NCBI GenBank assembly: GCA_951406725.2
Contig: OX597831.1
Location: forward strand, 30,752,001-30,816,000
Length of the DNA: 64,000 nucleotides
Reading direction: 5' to 3'
Origin: Octopus vulgaris
Taxonomy: Eukaryota
Part shown: one piece after another, positions 41,647 to 54,600 of the stretch
Layout: each line of letters opens with the position of its first letter
How positions within the stretch are numbered: the stretch's first letter is position 1
The notes under the pieces: generated by a model
Told to the model about the DNA's origin: nothing
The model's database searches: none
The model's input: only the letters and a program-made list of their open reading frames with translations
Position numbers and translations under genes: made by a program

Positions 41647-41860
41647 TCAAATTTTGGCACAGGGCCAGCAATTTCGCGGAGGGGGTAAGGCGATTGCATC
41701 AACTCCCATTATTCAACTGGTACTTGTTTTATCGACCCCGGAAGAGATGAAAAATCAAAGTCCACCTCGGCGGAATTGAAACCCAGAACGAAAAGACGGA
41801 CGAAATACCACCAAGTATTTTGTCCGGTGTGCTAACGAGTCTGCCAACTCTTACCGCTCT
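41230..41860 (-). mobile_element. Cluster of three family-2 (tail A) SINE copies separated by (TAA)n
   Basis: Repeated ggatgaaag..aaagtcgacct core at ~41297, ~41525, ~41745. Confidence 0.85.
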
Positions 41861-41861
41861 A

Positions 41862-41931
<70 letters not shown>

Positions 41932-42114
41932 GCCATCTTTACTTTATCATTGGTGCATGGAATGATTAAAGATGAAGTCAAGTCCGGGTGGAATCAATAT
42001 AGGAACGTAACGGAATTAACAGAAAAATAAATGAATAGATAAATACTGCACTACATCACTCTCCACTCATCACCCTCATTGCCATGATGATAATAGTAAC
42101 GGTAACAGCACCAA

Positions 42115-42233
42115 AAGAAGAAGAAGAAGAAGAAGAAGAAGAAGAAGAAGAAGAAGAAGAAGAAGAAGAAGAAGAAGAAGAAGAAGAAGAAGAAGAAGAA
42201 GAAGAAGAAGAAGAAGAAGAAGAAGAAGAAGAA
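42115..42233. repeat. (GAA)n microsatellite
   Basis: ~39 perfect units. Confidence 0.98.
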
Positions 42234-42536
42234 GGTTGTGGTGATGATTGAGGTGGGGGTTTGATGATGAGCGACTTCAGAGAATTAGATGTCTCCTGGT
42301 AGATATATCTATCAATCCCAGTAGACGACAATATATTATCAGTAAAAGGTAGACGAGATAAATATCCAAATATAAAACACCTGGAAATAGAAAGGTCGAG
42401 AGAGATTGAAAACTAGAAATAATAATCCCATAATAATAATAGGTATACTAGAATAGACAAATAGATTAGCAATTTTGCAGCACCAACACAGATATAAAAT
42501 AACGTATGATGAATAAACCAATGAGAAAACTTCTGC

Positions 42537-42817
42537 CAGCGGCGTACATAACGGAAGTGGTAGGTTAGCTCCGCTCGCCCTTCAAAAGCAGTGAATCTTC
42601 TTCATAAGAATTCTTTTCTTGCAGTATTATGATGTTATAATCTGGTTGTAATTTGTTTTTAAATCTAATAATACATACTCCGTTGGAAAGATTAAACTGT
42701 ATTATATACAGAAATAGCTTAACGTTTCCATATTTGTTTTTCAGTAAATCTCATGCGAAAATAGTTTTTCCAACATGGCAGTAAAAAACACAGCACGCCT
42801 ATGACCGTACGCCACGG
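42537..42817. mobile_element. Possible degenerate hAT-like MITE
   Basis: Imperfect TIRs cagcggcgtac / gtacgccacgg; no TSD visible. Confidence 0.3.
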
Positions 42818-42838
42818 GTAGATGTATATAGTTAGATA

Positions 42839-42894
<56 letters not shown>

Positions 42895-43002
42895 TATTTT
42901 TTTCTAAAGAAAAATCTGTAGAGGTAACCTTAAAAAGTGATTGAATAGCACTGCGAACACGGTAGAACACTGTCTGACTTACAAATCATTATATTTGGTA
43001 GC

Positions 43003-43590
43003 AAGGCGGCGAGCTGGCAGAATCGTTAGCACGCCGGGCGAAATGTGTAGCCGTATTTCGTCTGCCGTTACGTTCTGAGTTCAAATTCCGCCGAGGTCGA
43101 CTTTGCCTTTCATCCTTTCGGGGTCGATAAATTAAGTACCAGTTACGTACTAGGGTCGATGTAATCGACTTAATACTTATGTCTGTCCTTGTTTGTGCCC
43201 TCTATGTTTAGCCCCTTATGGGTAATAAAGAAATAAGTATTTCGTCTGCCGCTACGTTCTGAGTTCGAATTCCGTCGAGGTCGACTTTGCCTTTCATCCT
43301 TTTGGGGTCGATTAAATAAGTACCAGTTACGCACTGGGATCGATATAATCGACTTAATCCGTTTGTCTGTCCTTGTTTGTCCCCTCTGTGTTTAGCACCT
43401 TGTGGGTGGTAAAGAAATAGGTATTTCGTCTGCCGTTACGTTCTGAGTTCAAATTCCGCCGAAGTTGACTTTGCCTTTCATCCTTTCGAGATCGATAAAT
43501 TAAGTACCAGTTGCGTATTGGCGTCGATCTAATCGAGTAGCCTCCTTCCCCCCAAATTTCGTACCTTATGCTTAGAATAGAAAAGAATAT
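43003..43590 (+). mobile_element. Family-2 SINE trimer: two tail-B units plus a terminal tail-A unit
   Basis: Head aaggcggcgagctggcagaatcg; junctions aaagaaata|agtatttcgtc (~43236) and aaagaaata|ggtatttcgtc (~43420). Confidence 0.93.
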
Positions 43591-43660
43591 ACTCGGTAGT
43601 AAATTATGAGTGCACATAACGAAATATGGTGTCCTTACATGTAATATATATATGAGAGTA

Positions 43661-44027
43661 TAAAGACCCCATTTGGTCATAAATGGCCATTTGATTTCCC
43701 CTAGAATGCTTCCCCACAAAGCACAAGTCTGGGCAACGTTGTTTATGGAAGACTAGCAGTGGCCCATGTATACCAGTCTTCCCTCTCCATGCCACCGATG
43801 TTATCCAAGGGGAAGGGCAATGGCCGATACAGCTTGGCACCAGTGACATCGCAACTCCTTTCTACGGCCCTTTGCCTTTCCCTTGGATAACGTCAGTGAC
43901 GTGGAGAGGGGAATTTGGTATGCATGGGCGACTGCTGGTCTTTCACAAAACGTACATGCCCGGACCTGTGCCTTGGAACTTTATAGGAGCAATCCCATAG
44001 TCACTCGTGACCAAAGGGGGTCGTTTA
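43661..44027. repeat. Head-to-head inverted pair of SINE-like 3' fragments (~165-bp arms, ~40-bp spacer)
   Basis: taaagaccccatttggtca...ttatccaaggggaagggcaatggccg vs cggccctttgcctttcccttggataac...gaccaaagggggtcgttta. Confidence 0.85.
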
Positions 44028-44102
44028 CCTTTATATGAGAGTATTTAGTCGGCGTATATTGTTAGATGATCTATACCGGAGTATATAGTAGACGCATATA
44101 GT

Positions 44103-44169
<67 letters not shown>

Positions 44170-45309
44170 TATATATTAAATTTGAATATTGAGATTGAAA
44201 CGATATCAACATACCAAAAATTTAGACAGAGGTAAGCAAGAGCATATATTTTGTCTGTGTGAGTTAGTAGTACTAGATCCCCATCAGAAATGGTAAATTT
44301 TCCGTATAATAATTCTGTCTTTATAGTATTCTCATATAGCATTCTGATATAATATATGTCTTTTAAGTATTCTGATGTAGTATTCTGATATAATATCAAA
44401 TCTAACAATACACACTCAGAAACAAAGATTAAGCCAGCTTAAAGCCATATGTACTGAAATAGCCTAAAGCTGGTACGTTTACTTTTAAGTATTACTTATG
44501 CTACAGTAGTCAGTTTAGTATGCAAGTACACCCTTTGTAACGGCAACCACATTTGATGAAGGGAGGAGTATTATATAAATATTAAATGACAGGAGTATAT
44601 AATAAATTAGTTGTTGGTAGCCAGTATACAATAACTTTAGGTAGAAAGAATATACAATAGCTTTAGGAAGGAGGAATATATAAGAGTTAAAGTGGTGAAA
44701 GAATTGTAATATATTTAAGTGTTAGAAATCAGAAACATCTACTCTGCATGTGTTAGGTGAGTGCACCAAAGATAATAAATCCTTCCAAAGATGATAAATT
44801 TCCTTTATAATACTTCTATTCTTGCAGTATCATTATATATTCAGGTCTTAAAGCTTTGTTCAAATTTAATAATACACCCCCAGAAACGAAGATCTAGTTG
44901 CATTAAGCAGAGAAAGAGCTTAACACTGGTATGTTTATAAATCTAATTATTCTCGTATAAGTATTATGCAAGAGTAGTTAGTCTCAGTGCTGTAGCGCAA
45001 CCTGTAACCACAACCTGTAACCACAACCATCAGCCTCTCGGATGAAACGTTTTTTAATATCAAAACAGAAATGCGGGCGAACTACGTATGCGTAATGGTG
45101 GTGGTTGGGGCTTATGTAGTGGATAATTTAATTCTGAAATTCTTTGACATACAACATATTTTCAATGTTGTTTTTCTTTTAATGTTCAGAATAGTAATTC
45201 TAGAGACCCTGAGGGGGCTGATGATAGGACATATATAGACGTAACTAATCACCGTAGGACTTATTTCTACGATACTTTATCACTTCAAACGTGATACTAA
45301 TTATACATT

Positions 45310-46055
45310 TGATGTAGTGAGTTCAAATTCCACCAAGTTCAACTTTGGTTTTCATCCCGACGGAGTCGATGAAATAATGTAATAGACAAGACGTGGGATC
45401 AATCACATCGATCGTTCAACTTCCTTCCCACAAAATTACAGGTCTTGAGTCCAAATTGAAAAGCAAGGGTAGTACATTGACAGAATCTTTTGCGCATCGG
45501 ACACAATTTCTTCCAGTATTTGGTTACTAGTGCTCAACAGGTAAATATTTTGTTGACCTTGAAAGGATAAGAGGCAAAGTAGACCTCGGCGTCATTTGAG
45601 CGCTAAACGTAAAGCACAAGAAATGTCGCTAAGCATTTTGTCCAGTGCGGTAATGGTTCTGCAAGTTCGTTACCTTGCTTCAAATTTTGGCGCAAGGCCA
45701 ACAGTTTGACGGATATAGAGAAGTCGGTTACATCGACCTCGAGGCCCAACGTATTCATTTTATCGACGACTGAAGGATGGCTGGCAAACTCGACCTCGGT
45801 GGTATTTGAACTCAGAACGTTAGGAACTTGGAAGGAAATTCCACAAAGCACTTTGTCCGACGTGCTGACGATTCTGTTCACATATTGCCTTTCCTTGCAT
45901 AATGATTATTCTTCGAAATTTTGGCACCAGGTCAACAATTTCTGGGGAAGGAGTTAATTGAATACATTACGCCAGTAATTGAATGGTTCTTTACCCTATA
46001 TACCTTGAAAAAATGAAACGTAAAGTTGACTACAGTATGATTTCAAATTATGATG
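45310..46055. mobile_element. Cluster of degenerate family-2 SINEs on both strands
   Basis: gagttcaaattcc...ttcatcc (plus) and several aaagt.gacctcgg...tgaactcagaacg (minus) cores. Confidence 0.75.
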
Positions 46056-46057
46056 TA

Positions 46058-46631
46058 TTGGGTTGTCCGGAAAGTTCGTGCCGATTTATAGTAGCTTACC
46101 TTTCGACTTCTTTTAGAACATGTTTGAGACCATAAAATAGGATTTGACTACACCTCCATTTAGAGCACAGTTTAAGCTATCTTTTCGTGGAAGAAGGTTT
46201 ATGCTCGTATAACCTGTATTAATTCTATAACCCTTTAAAATGGAAGATAAGAAAGTTCATTTTCGACACTTGATGCTTTTCTTTTTCCGTAAAGGGAAAA
46301 ATGCCTCGCAAGCAACCAAAGAAAAATGTGCAGTTTACTGTGATGTTTCTTTATCCGAAAGAACTGTACGGAAGTGGTTCGCAAGGTTCTGAGCTGGAGA
46401 TTGTAGCCTTATTGATAAAGAGCGATCAGGCACACCATACACTACAGATGATGACCAAATCAAGTCATTAATTGAGAATAACCCACATTGCACAACTCGA
46501 GAATTGGTAGAAAGCCTCAACCTATCAAAATCCGTAGATCATGAGCACCTGGTAAAGATTGAGTAATGGCAAGTATTTATTGACCTTTTTCTTTCCTTTA
46601 AAAATCGGCACGAACTTTCCGGACAACCCAA
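46058..46631 (+). mobile_element. Internally deleted mariner DNA transposon
   Basis: Perfect 30-bp TIRs ttgggttgtccggaaagttcgtgccgattt (46058-46087) / 46602-46631, with TA duplication on both sides. Confidence 0.96.
46240..46566 (+). pseudogene. Mariner transposase N-terminal HTH fragment (one internal stop; DDD domain deleted)
   Basis: MEDKKVHFRHLMLFFFRKGKNASQATKEKCAVYCDVSLSERTVRKWFARF*AGDCSLIDKERSGTPYTTDDDQIKSLIENNPHCTTRELVESLNLSKS; TGA at 46390. Confidence 0.93.
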
Positions 46632-46724
46632 TAAAAAGATGGAACAATTGCTGCGTGGCGTTTTTCTGACTGTCAAACGCTCCTTCAATCCAGATTCATT
46701 TTAACTTTATAATCATTTCGACGA

Positions 46725-46920
46725 TACGCACAAAGCCAGAAATTCTGGGAGTGGATCAAGTCGGTCGCATCCACCTCAGTGCTCAACTGGTACTAATTTC
46801 ATCGGCCTCGAAAGGACGAAAGGTGGAATTGGGACTCAGAACACAGAGAGTGGCGAAAAGCCACTTAACATTTTTGTCCGACCGGTGTGCTAACAACAAT
46901 TCTGCCAGTTTGCTGCCTCC
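46725..46920 (-). mobile_element. Degenerate family-2 SINE
   Basis: cacaaagccagaaatt...cagtgctcaactggtac...actcagaac...ttctgccag. Confidence 0.7.
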
Positions 46921-46979
46921 GCATTGTCAACTTAATAATAAAAAATTTTAACATAGGTATAAGCCATGTCTTCCTAATA

Positions 46980-47057
<78 letters not shown>

Positions 47058-47799
47058 AATCATATACGCATACACACATGCACAATGCACTCGTCAGATA
47101 TGTATCTGCAATTACAATTATACAGAACGCAATCGTATATAAACATACACACTAATACACACACACGCACATACATGCCCATACATTTACACACACACGC
47201 AAACGTTTATACACACGTGTATCTATGAATAATGTGTACAGAGATAGCTAGATAGATATAGATGTGTATATATATATATATGTATGTATGTGTGAGTGTG
47301 TGCGTATAGTGAAAGAGAGAGAGAGAAATACACGCACACATACGCACATATACAACATACACACACGCACATACATACACACACATACATTTACATGTAC
47401 ATATACATACATACATTCTTACACGTATATATATCTTCAGACACGCACGCATTGTTGCTTTTTGTTTACTTATCTCCCTTCCTTATTGTTCTTCAGTTGT
47501 AAGTTAAATACAAAAACGTCTGTTGTTCCACTCTCTCACATCCGGAATTCTATACAACCACCGCCTCTTCCTTCCTCTCCTTCCTATTTCTTTCTTTCTG
47601 GTTTTTTTTTTTTAGTTTTTTTATTTATTTTTTGTACAAATTACTTTACCATTGGCCCCTATTTAGGGCCACAAAAGAATGCTAGGGATTTTCCACATTC
47701 ATTTCCTGTCCATCTTTTTTTATTCTTTCTGTTTCTCTTCGGTTTATCAACCGGAAATAGGTCAGACATGAAAGTATTAGACTCTTTTTGAAGTTGATG

Positions 47800-47857
47800 T
47801 CTAACTACTACTAATACTACTACAATTACAACTACTACTACCACCACCACCACCACC

Positions 47858-47898
<41 letters not shown>

Positions 47899-47943
47899 CA
47901 CTACTACTACTACCACTACCATCACCACCACCACCACCACCAA

Positions 47944-48011
<68 letters not shown>

Positions 48012-48075
48012 TTGCTACTGCTTACTGCTGCTGCTGCTTACTGCTGCTGCTGCTGCTGCTGCAGCTACGGCTACT
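47800..48075. repeat. (CTA)n/(CCA)n/(CTG)n microsatellite
   Basis: Visible. Confidence 0.96.
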
Positions 48076-48568
48076 TTATACCTCAGCCAAATGCTATCAT
48101 ACACAGCAGATCGCAATGGTCCTTTGTAAAGAATGTTCTCGAAGCATTACGCCAAGTCGTGGTAGGTATAAGCTGCTTCCATTTGAAATGATAGTCCTGA
48201 TTACGAGAGAACAATTATACTACGACTTGATGCAGAGATCGTTGGCAAATGTTCACATCAAAGTTTATGTCTAAATTACTCCTTGATGCTGAAAACTGCA
48301 GGAGTGCACATATATCCGTTGCAGTATGCATCGCTCATATGCATATTTTGGATCGCGTTCAAATGAAAGCTAATTTACCCCAAGCTCTATTTGGCACCAT
48401 GCATATCTGCAATCCATCATGTTTTTGTTTTTTTTGCTTTGTTTTTTTTTTTTGTACACTAACACAATATCTGACCTTGCTATTCTGCCCCTGCTGATTA
48501 CATTCCACATGTACTTTAACATCCTGTAAATACCTATCTGACTTCTTTTCTCACAATCTCTATAGTAT

Positions 48569-48965
48569 AGGCGCAGGAGTGGATGTGTGGTAAGTAGCTT
48601 GCCTACCAACCACATGGTTCTGGGTTCAGTCCCACTGCGTGGCATCTTGGGCAAGTGTCTTCTGCTATAGCCTCGGGCCGACCAAAGCCTTGTGAGTGGA
48701 TTTGGTAGACGGAAACTGAAAGAAGCCCGTCGTATATATGTATATATATATAAGTGTCTGTGTTTGTTCCCCTAGCATTGCTTGACAACCGATGCTGGTG
48801 TGTTTACGTCCCCGTCACTTAGCGGTTCGGCAAAAGAGACCGATAGAATAAGTACTGGGCTTACAAAGAATAAGTCCCGGGGTCGATTTGCTCGACTAAA
48901 GGCGGTGCTCCAGCATGGCCGCAGTCATATGACTGAAACAAGTAAAAAGAGAAAAAAAGAGAGAG
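48569..48965 (+). mobile_element. SINE family 1, near-consensus copy with short internal repeat
   Basis: Matches 13066-13515. Confidence 0.95.
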
Positions 48966-49294
48966 TATCTAACCTTCTAGATCTTCTACACGGCCACATT
49001 TTCAAATGCCTATACGATTTGAGTGAATGGATATAGAATGGTATCAGAACTTAAATCCTTTCTAATCCCATCCGAACACTGACCTTAAAAAATCCATACT
49101 GAGCATTATTCCTATAACACTTTCACCTGTGTGTATATAGCTATTGTTCTATGATAGAAATGCTGGTGACAGGAAGCTCTAGGCACGAATCTTTTCCACA
49201 CTTTCAAAATGAGATTAAAGCCTAGGTGGCATTTAATATTTCTTCCCAAAACTCATATTAAAACATTTATTAAGAATCAGCCAAATATTCAAAT

Positions 49295-49615
49295 GTAAAC
49301 GAGAAGCTCGCTTCACAACCATGTGGTTTCGGATCCAGTCCACTGCGCCACGGACAGTTTCTACACAGGGCCCACTAATGCCTTGTGAGACCTTGTGAAT
49401 GAATTTAATAAAGGGAAACTGTGTCAAAGCCCGTCGTATGTGTGCGTGTGTTTGTGTACGTCTCCGCAACTTAGTGGCTTCGGCAAAAGACACCGATAGA
49501 ATAAATACAAGGCATGAAAAAATAACAAGATGTGAGGTCGATTTGTACGCATTTAAATCATTCAAAGCGATGCCCCAGCAGGGTCGCAACCCAATGATTA
49601 AAACACATAAAAGAT
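49295..49615 (+). mobile_element. SINE family 1, degenerate copy
   Basis: caaccatgtggtttcggatccagtcccactgcg...gcccgtcgt...ttcggcaaaagacaccgatagaataa. Confidence 0.8.
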
Positions 49616-50137
49616 ATTCTTTAAAAAATAATACAAACTAAAACATTTTTTGTGAATCAGTCAAAATATTCAGGTGAGACAGAGAAGCATGAATAAATTA
49701 GTTATTTTGATTCATACATGTCCGCTTTAACACGCATCCTAGTATTATATATTTCCCACTTGTTTTGTCGTTCATGTATTTTCGTTTTATATATTCTCCC
49801 TATTATATATCCTTACATGTCGCTTGTTCTTTCAGTTATATTTCCTTCATTGATCTGTGTGTTTCTCTCTTAAATATGTTCTTCATTCTCACGTATTCTT
49901 TTATATGTCCTTCTTTCGTGTCTTCTGTCTGTTTTTCTCTTACCCATTTTTCTCTGTACCTTTGTTTCTGTCTCATTGTCCATGTATTTGTTTCATTACC
50001 TTTCTCTGTTTCTGTGTCTCTCATTTTCTCATTTCCCTTCCTTCCACCCCCTCTCTTTCTCTTTCTCTCACCCTATGCATATGCTTGCGTGTATGTATAT
50101 GCATGCAGTTGTATATATACATATGCACATACATGGA

Positions 50138-50241
<104 letters not shown>

Positions 50242-50271
50242 TAAAAAATCTTGCACAACAAATATTTAAAC

Positions 50272-50358
<87 letters not shown>

Positions 50359-50446
50359 CATACATACATACATACATACATACATCATACAGACATACAT
50401 ACATACATACATACATCATACAGACATACATACATACATACATACA

Positions 50447-50477
<31 letters not shown>

Positions 50478-50527
50478 TTATATGCATATATAGATAAATG
50501 TGTGCTCGTACATGTGTTTATATAAGT

Positions 50528-50912
50528 GTGGAAGCGCAATGACCCAGTGATTAGGGCAGCGGACTCGCAGTCGTGGGATCGCGGTTTCGATTCCCAGACC
50601 GGGCGTTGTGAGAGTTTATTGAGCAAAAACACCTAGATCTCCACGAGGCTCCGGCAACGGGTGGTGGTAAATCCTGCTGTATTCTTTCTCCCCCCCCCAA
50701 CTTTCTCTCACTATTTCTTCCAATGTCTGTTGTACATGTATTCCAAAGGCCAGCCTTATCACACACTGTTTCATGCTGAATCTCTTCGAGAGTTACGTTA
50801 AAGATACACGTGTCTGTGGAGTGCTCAACCACCGACACGTTAATTTCAGGAGCAGGCTGTTCCGTTGATCGGATCAACTGGAACTTTTGTCATCGTAACC
50901 GTTGGAGTGCCA
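50528..50912 (+). mobile_element. SINE family 3 copy
   Basis: Matches the reverse complement of 16495-16868. Confidence 0.9.
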
Positions 50913-50996
50913 CAATGTATCAGATTGTGTGTTTGTGTACATCTTTATATAATCTTTACATATTTGTCTCTCTATATATATAATGCATATGAATAT

Positions 50997-51045
<49 letters not shown>

Positions 51046-51249
51046 TATATATATATATATATTTATGAATATATACATATATATAGACTCATACACACAC
51101 ATAGTAATGTAAGAATTATGACGTATACTAAAATATTTTTCACATAATGCAAATAGTCATGAAGAACTCGGCCTGGGGCAAAACTCGGAGTACACTGTCA
51201 ACTTATAATCTAATAAAATATGTAATATGAAATATAATATAAATATTAC

Positions 51250-51295
<46 letters not shown>

Positions 51296-51363
51296 TCAAA
51301 ATGTAACCCCACGTGAATTGTTGGTGATTTTCTTCCTCCCTCTTTCTATTGGACTTTCCTCTA

Positions 51364-51397
51364 TTTCTGCAGAAGAGCGTTGCTCGAAACGTTAAAC
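51364..51397 (+). ncRNA. Degenerate minimal type-I hammerhead ribozyme (PLE type) within repeat 51300-51470
   Basis: ttt-CTGCAGA-a-GAGC-gtt-GCTC-GAAACGTT-aaac; one core mismatch to CTGANGA. Confidence 0.55.
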
Positions 51398-51559
51398 CAT
51401 CTTTTTTTCCTTCCCTGAGTATCCGTTGTCGTGTTTTTTTTTTTGTGTTTGTTCTTTTTTGAATTTACGATATATATATATATATATACACACACATACA
51501 TATATATATATATATGTGTGCGTGTATATGTATATATATATATGTGTGTATATATATAC

Positions 51560-51615
<56 letters not shown>

Positions 51616-54600
51616 AGTCCCCATTCAGAATTCTGCATGACTTTGTAACATGTACCAAACTATTAACCCACAAACCACAGGTAAATGCTTTAGTTGGCTC
51701 ATATCACCGTCGAGTCACCTATCCTCTCGCTCTCTTCACCCAACTAAAAGTCCTGATTGTGAGAGCAGTGGTGAGTGAAGACTACATTGACGTTGTAATG
51801 ATAATCGCTTTACCGATCCCGAAACGCTAAAAAGTAAATTGACCTCGTTGAGATTTGAACTCAGAGTACTGTAATAAGTATTGCAACGTTTTGTCTTTTT
51901 TTTTTATCCGGGGTCTAATGTCAATCAATTCCTATCTACATACAGGGATGAATATAACAAAGAGAGCAATTTTGATTATAATTTTGTTGAGTAGAGATCA
52001 TACTGATCACAGCAACAACACTATTTGAATAATGTAGATTTGTCACAGAGAAGCGCTACAAAAAATCACGTGTTGCACTTTATATCAAGAACAACAGACC
52101 TGTGGACAGCGTGTAGTCGTTCGACCAATTACTTCGGTACCTAAATTCCGATCAATCAGAGCTGACCTATGTCAATACAATAACAACTTCAATTAAGGCT
52201 GCAAAACACTGATTCTTAACTCGCTAGGTAATGATAAATTGTGATATAATACAATTTATACTATCATAACTTAATTTGAACTATATTTCTCGAAATTTAA
52301 TATTCAGTCACATGGGTCCCCTAACGGACTATTGGGTCAAGAAAGCAATCACTTCATAATAATTAGAAGTTTGTGTTTGAGAATTAAGAATAAAGAACAT
52401 GTTAAATAAACTATATATATATATCTATTTTCTTTTGCTTTTTTGCTTATTTATTACGAGGGTCTCAAAATGTCTTGTTTTAGGTAATCATGTACAGAAC
52501 CATTTCATTCTTTTTAGAACCTTCAATGTCTTAATCAAATTATATTTTTAACACTAAAGAACGATTCGTGCCGCAATGACCTATTTCGGTTTTCAAGAGA
52601 TATTTTTACAATACTTTTCCGTGGTGTTGGCTTCTTTACAGTCATTAATGTAACGGAAAACTGAATATCTTTGCTTAATCACCAAAGCGGATATCATACG
52701 TTTTACATCATTAATAATTTTATGTAAAAAGCATAAGACACACAGTGTACTACTTTTGCTCTCTTACTAATATGTCCCTTCACCATATCCAATAAGATAT
52801 GTTTAGTTTACTGTAAAAAAATAGAAAAGTGAAAAAAAAATGGATGAAATAAACATGATATTAAAAGAGGAGAACCGTTGGCGATGTCTTGGTTTCCATG
52901 CCACAATAAATATCAAGATGAAAACATTCAAAAGCAGACAAACATCAGTCAAACATTATCAACCAATCAAAACTTGCTTGCTGATTTTTAAATCATGGCG
53001 ATTATATTTTGATAATCTGCCAAATCCGAAGCGGTCATTGGGCTATTTAGAAAGTTGCGTCGTCAAGTGTGGATTTGGTTGGGAAGAAAATTAGCAAAAT
53101 TATTCGAAAATAGTTGGAACTGCCAAAGATTGTTGAACATGACAACTGTAATAAACTTCAGCAGCTAACATCATTAAGTTGGCAAGATTTGGACAAATTA
53201 GCTTGCTGTCTCTGCCCAGAAGTGACTCTATAATATATTAAAAACTAACAGAGATTTAAGAACGAGAGAGGAGTTATAAAGAGAGAGTGTTAAGAAGAGA
53301 GGTGGAGAGAGAGATGAATGAGAAAAACAGAGAGAAAATATTACTATCCTGTAGTTTCAAAACAAATCAAAAGGAATGTTAATTGATGTAGTCATAGAGA
53401 AAGTACTTTGGTAAGGATTGACAAGAGATTTTTGTTCAAAAGCTTTGGCAAAAGTGAAAGTAGAACGACGAAGGTTCAACATAAACAGAATGACATGAAC
53501 TAAAGAGACAGTGGAATTGTTCGAGACAAAATCATTTGGTGTTATGTACAGTTTTTAAGCCTCAATCGGAATAAGTCCTACGAGTCAATGTGTAAGCGAT
53601 TCCAGATGTGTAATTTATTTTGCATCGGTACAAAATGCTCAAAAGTTGTAAATACGTATAATAAAGAGGTGCATACAGAATCCTCTATGTCCTAGAAAAT
53701 ACTGTCAGGTTTCCATTTAAATCATAACAGATCGTTTTAAAGATAACTATTTTAATGTGATACTTTATATACTGTAGCTAAAATTTAAAAAATAGAACAA
53801 AAGAAACATGGGCTGATGACACCTCACGACTGGGATGCTGTTTCATCACAAGATAATTTGACTGCTTAGACAACAACAACAACAACAACTAAGCTCACCC
53901 AGCAGTTGTTAGGTGTTTTGTTATTTTGCGGTGCTGAGTTTTGGTCCACCAACAGACTGGCACAATATAACAGGATCCTCCTCACTGTTTCGAAACATTG
54001 ATTGCGGCAAATAAATATTTTTGTTATCATGCTGTGGGGACTGGAGAAAATACATAAATAAATAACAGGAAAGTCCACAGCCTCAAGAAGGTCCAGAATC
54101 CCTAATTTATCAATGTTGTCCCTGGTTCAGGTAAACTCTTTGATGCTGCGGTCATAGCTGTGGTTTATACATCATCACATAGTTGTCGTCCTTGCCGGAC
54201 TATAATGGACTCCAGTGGGAATATGTGTATGTCTATATGTTGATGCGCTTTTGCATCTGGGAGACAAACGTGGTTAATTGGCTAAGAAGTTCATCATCGT
54301 TCGAAATAACGAGAATTTGGTTTCGATCTTATGTCATGGAATCTCGCGCACGTGGATTTACCACAACCTCGAATCAAACCAAACACTAGAAGTGAATCTG
54401 AGTAGTTGGAAATGCGATTTAGTCCATCGGATGGACTGTATCAGAAATTCAGAAATTCAGAGCCGGATTTGTCTCATATTAGGTCGCACAGAATCTGTTT
54501 AAGAAGTCTATGAAGGGTACAAGTGTCTTTAATGGAGACATCTCGATTGATTAAACAACTGAAATACTCGTCGTTGACCGACGAAAGATCCAATTGCTTT

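Noticed and set aside
53865-54210. LINE 3' remnant ending in (TTG)n
   Set aside because: Only vague peptide resemblance; cannot be supported without a search.
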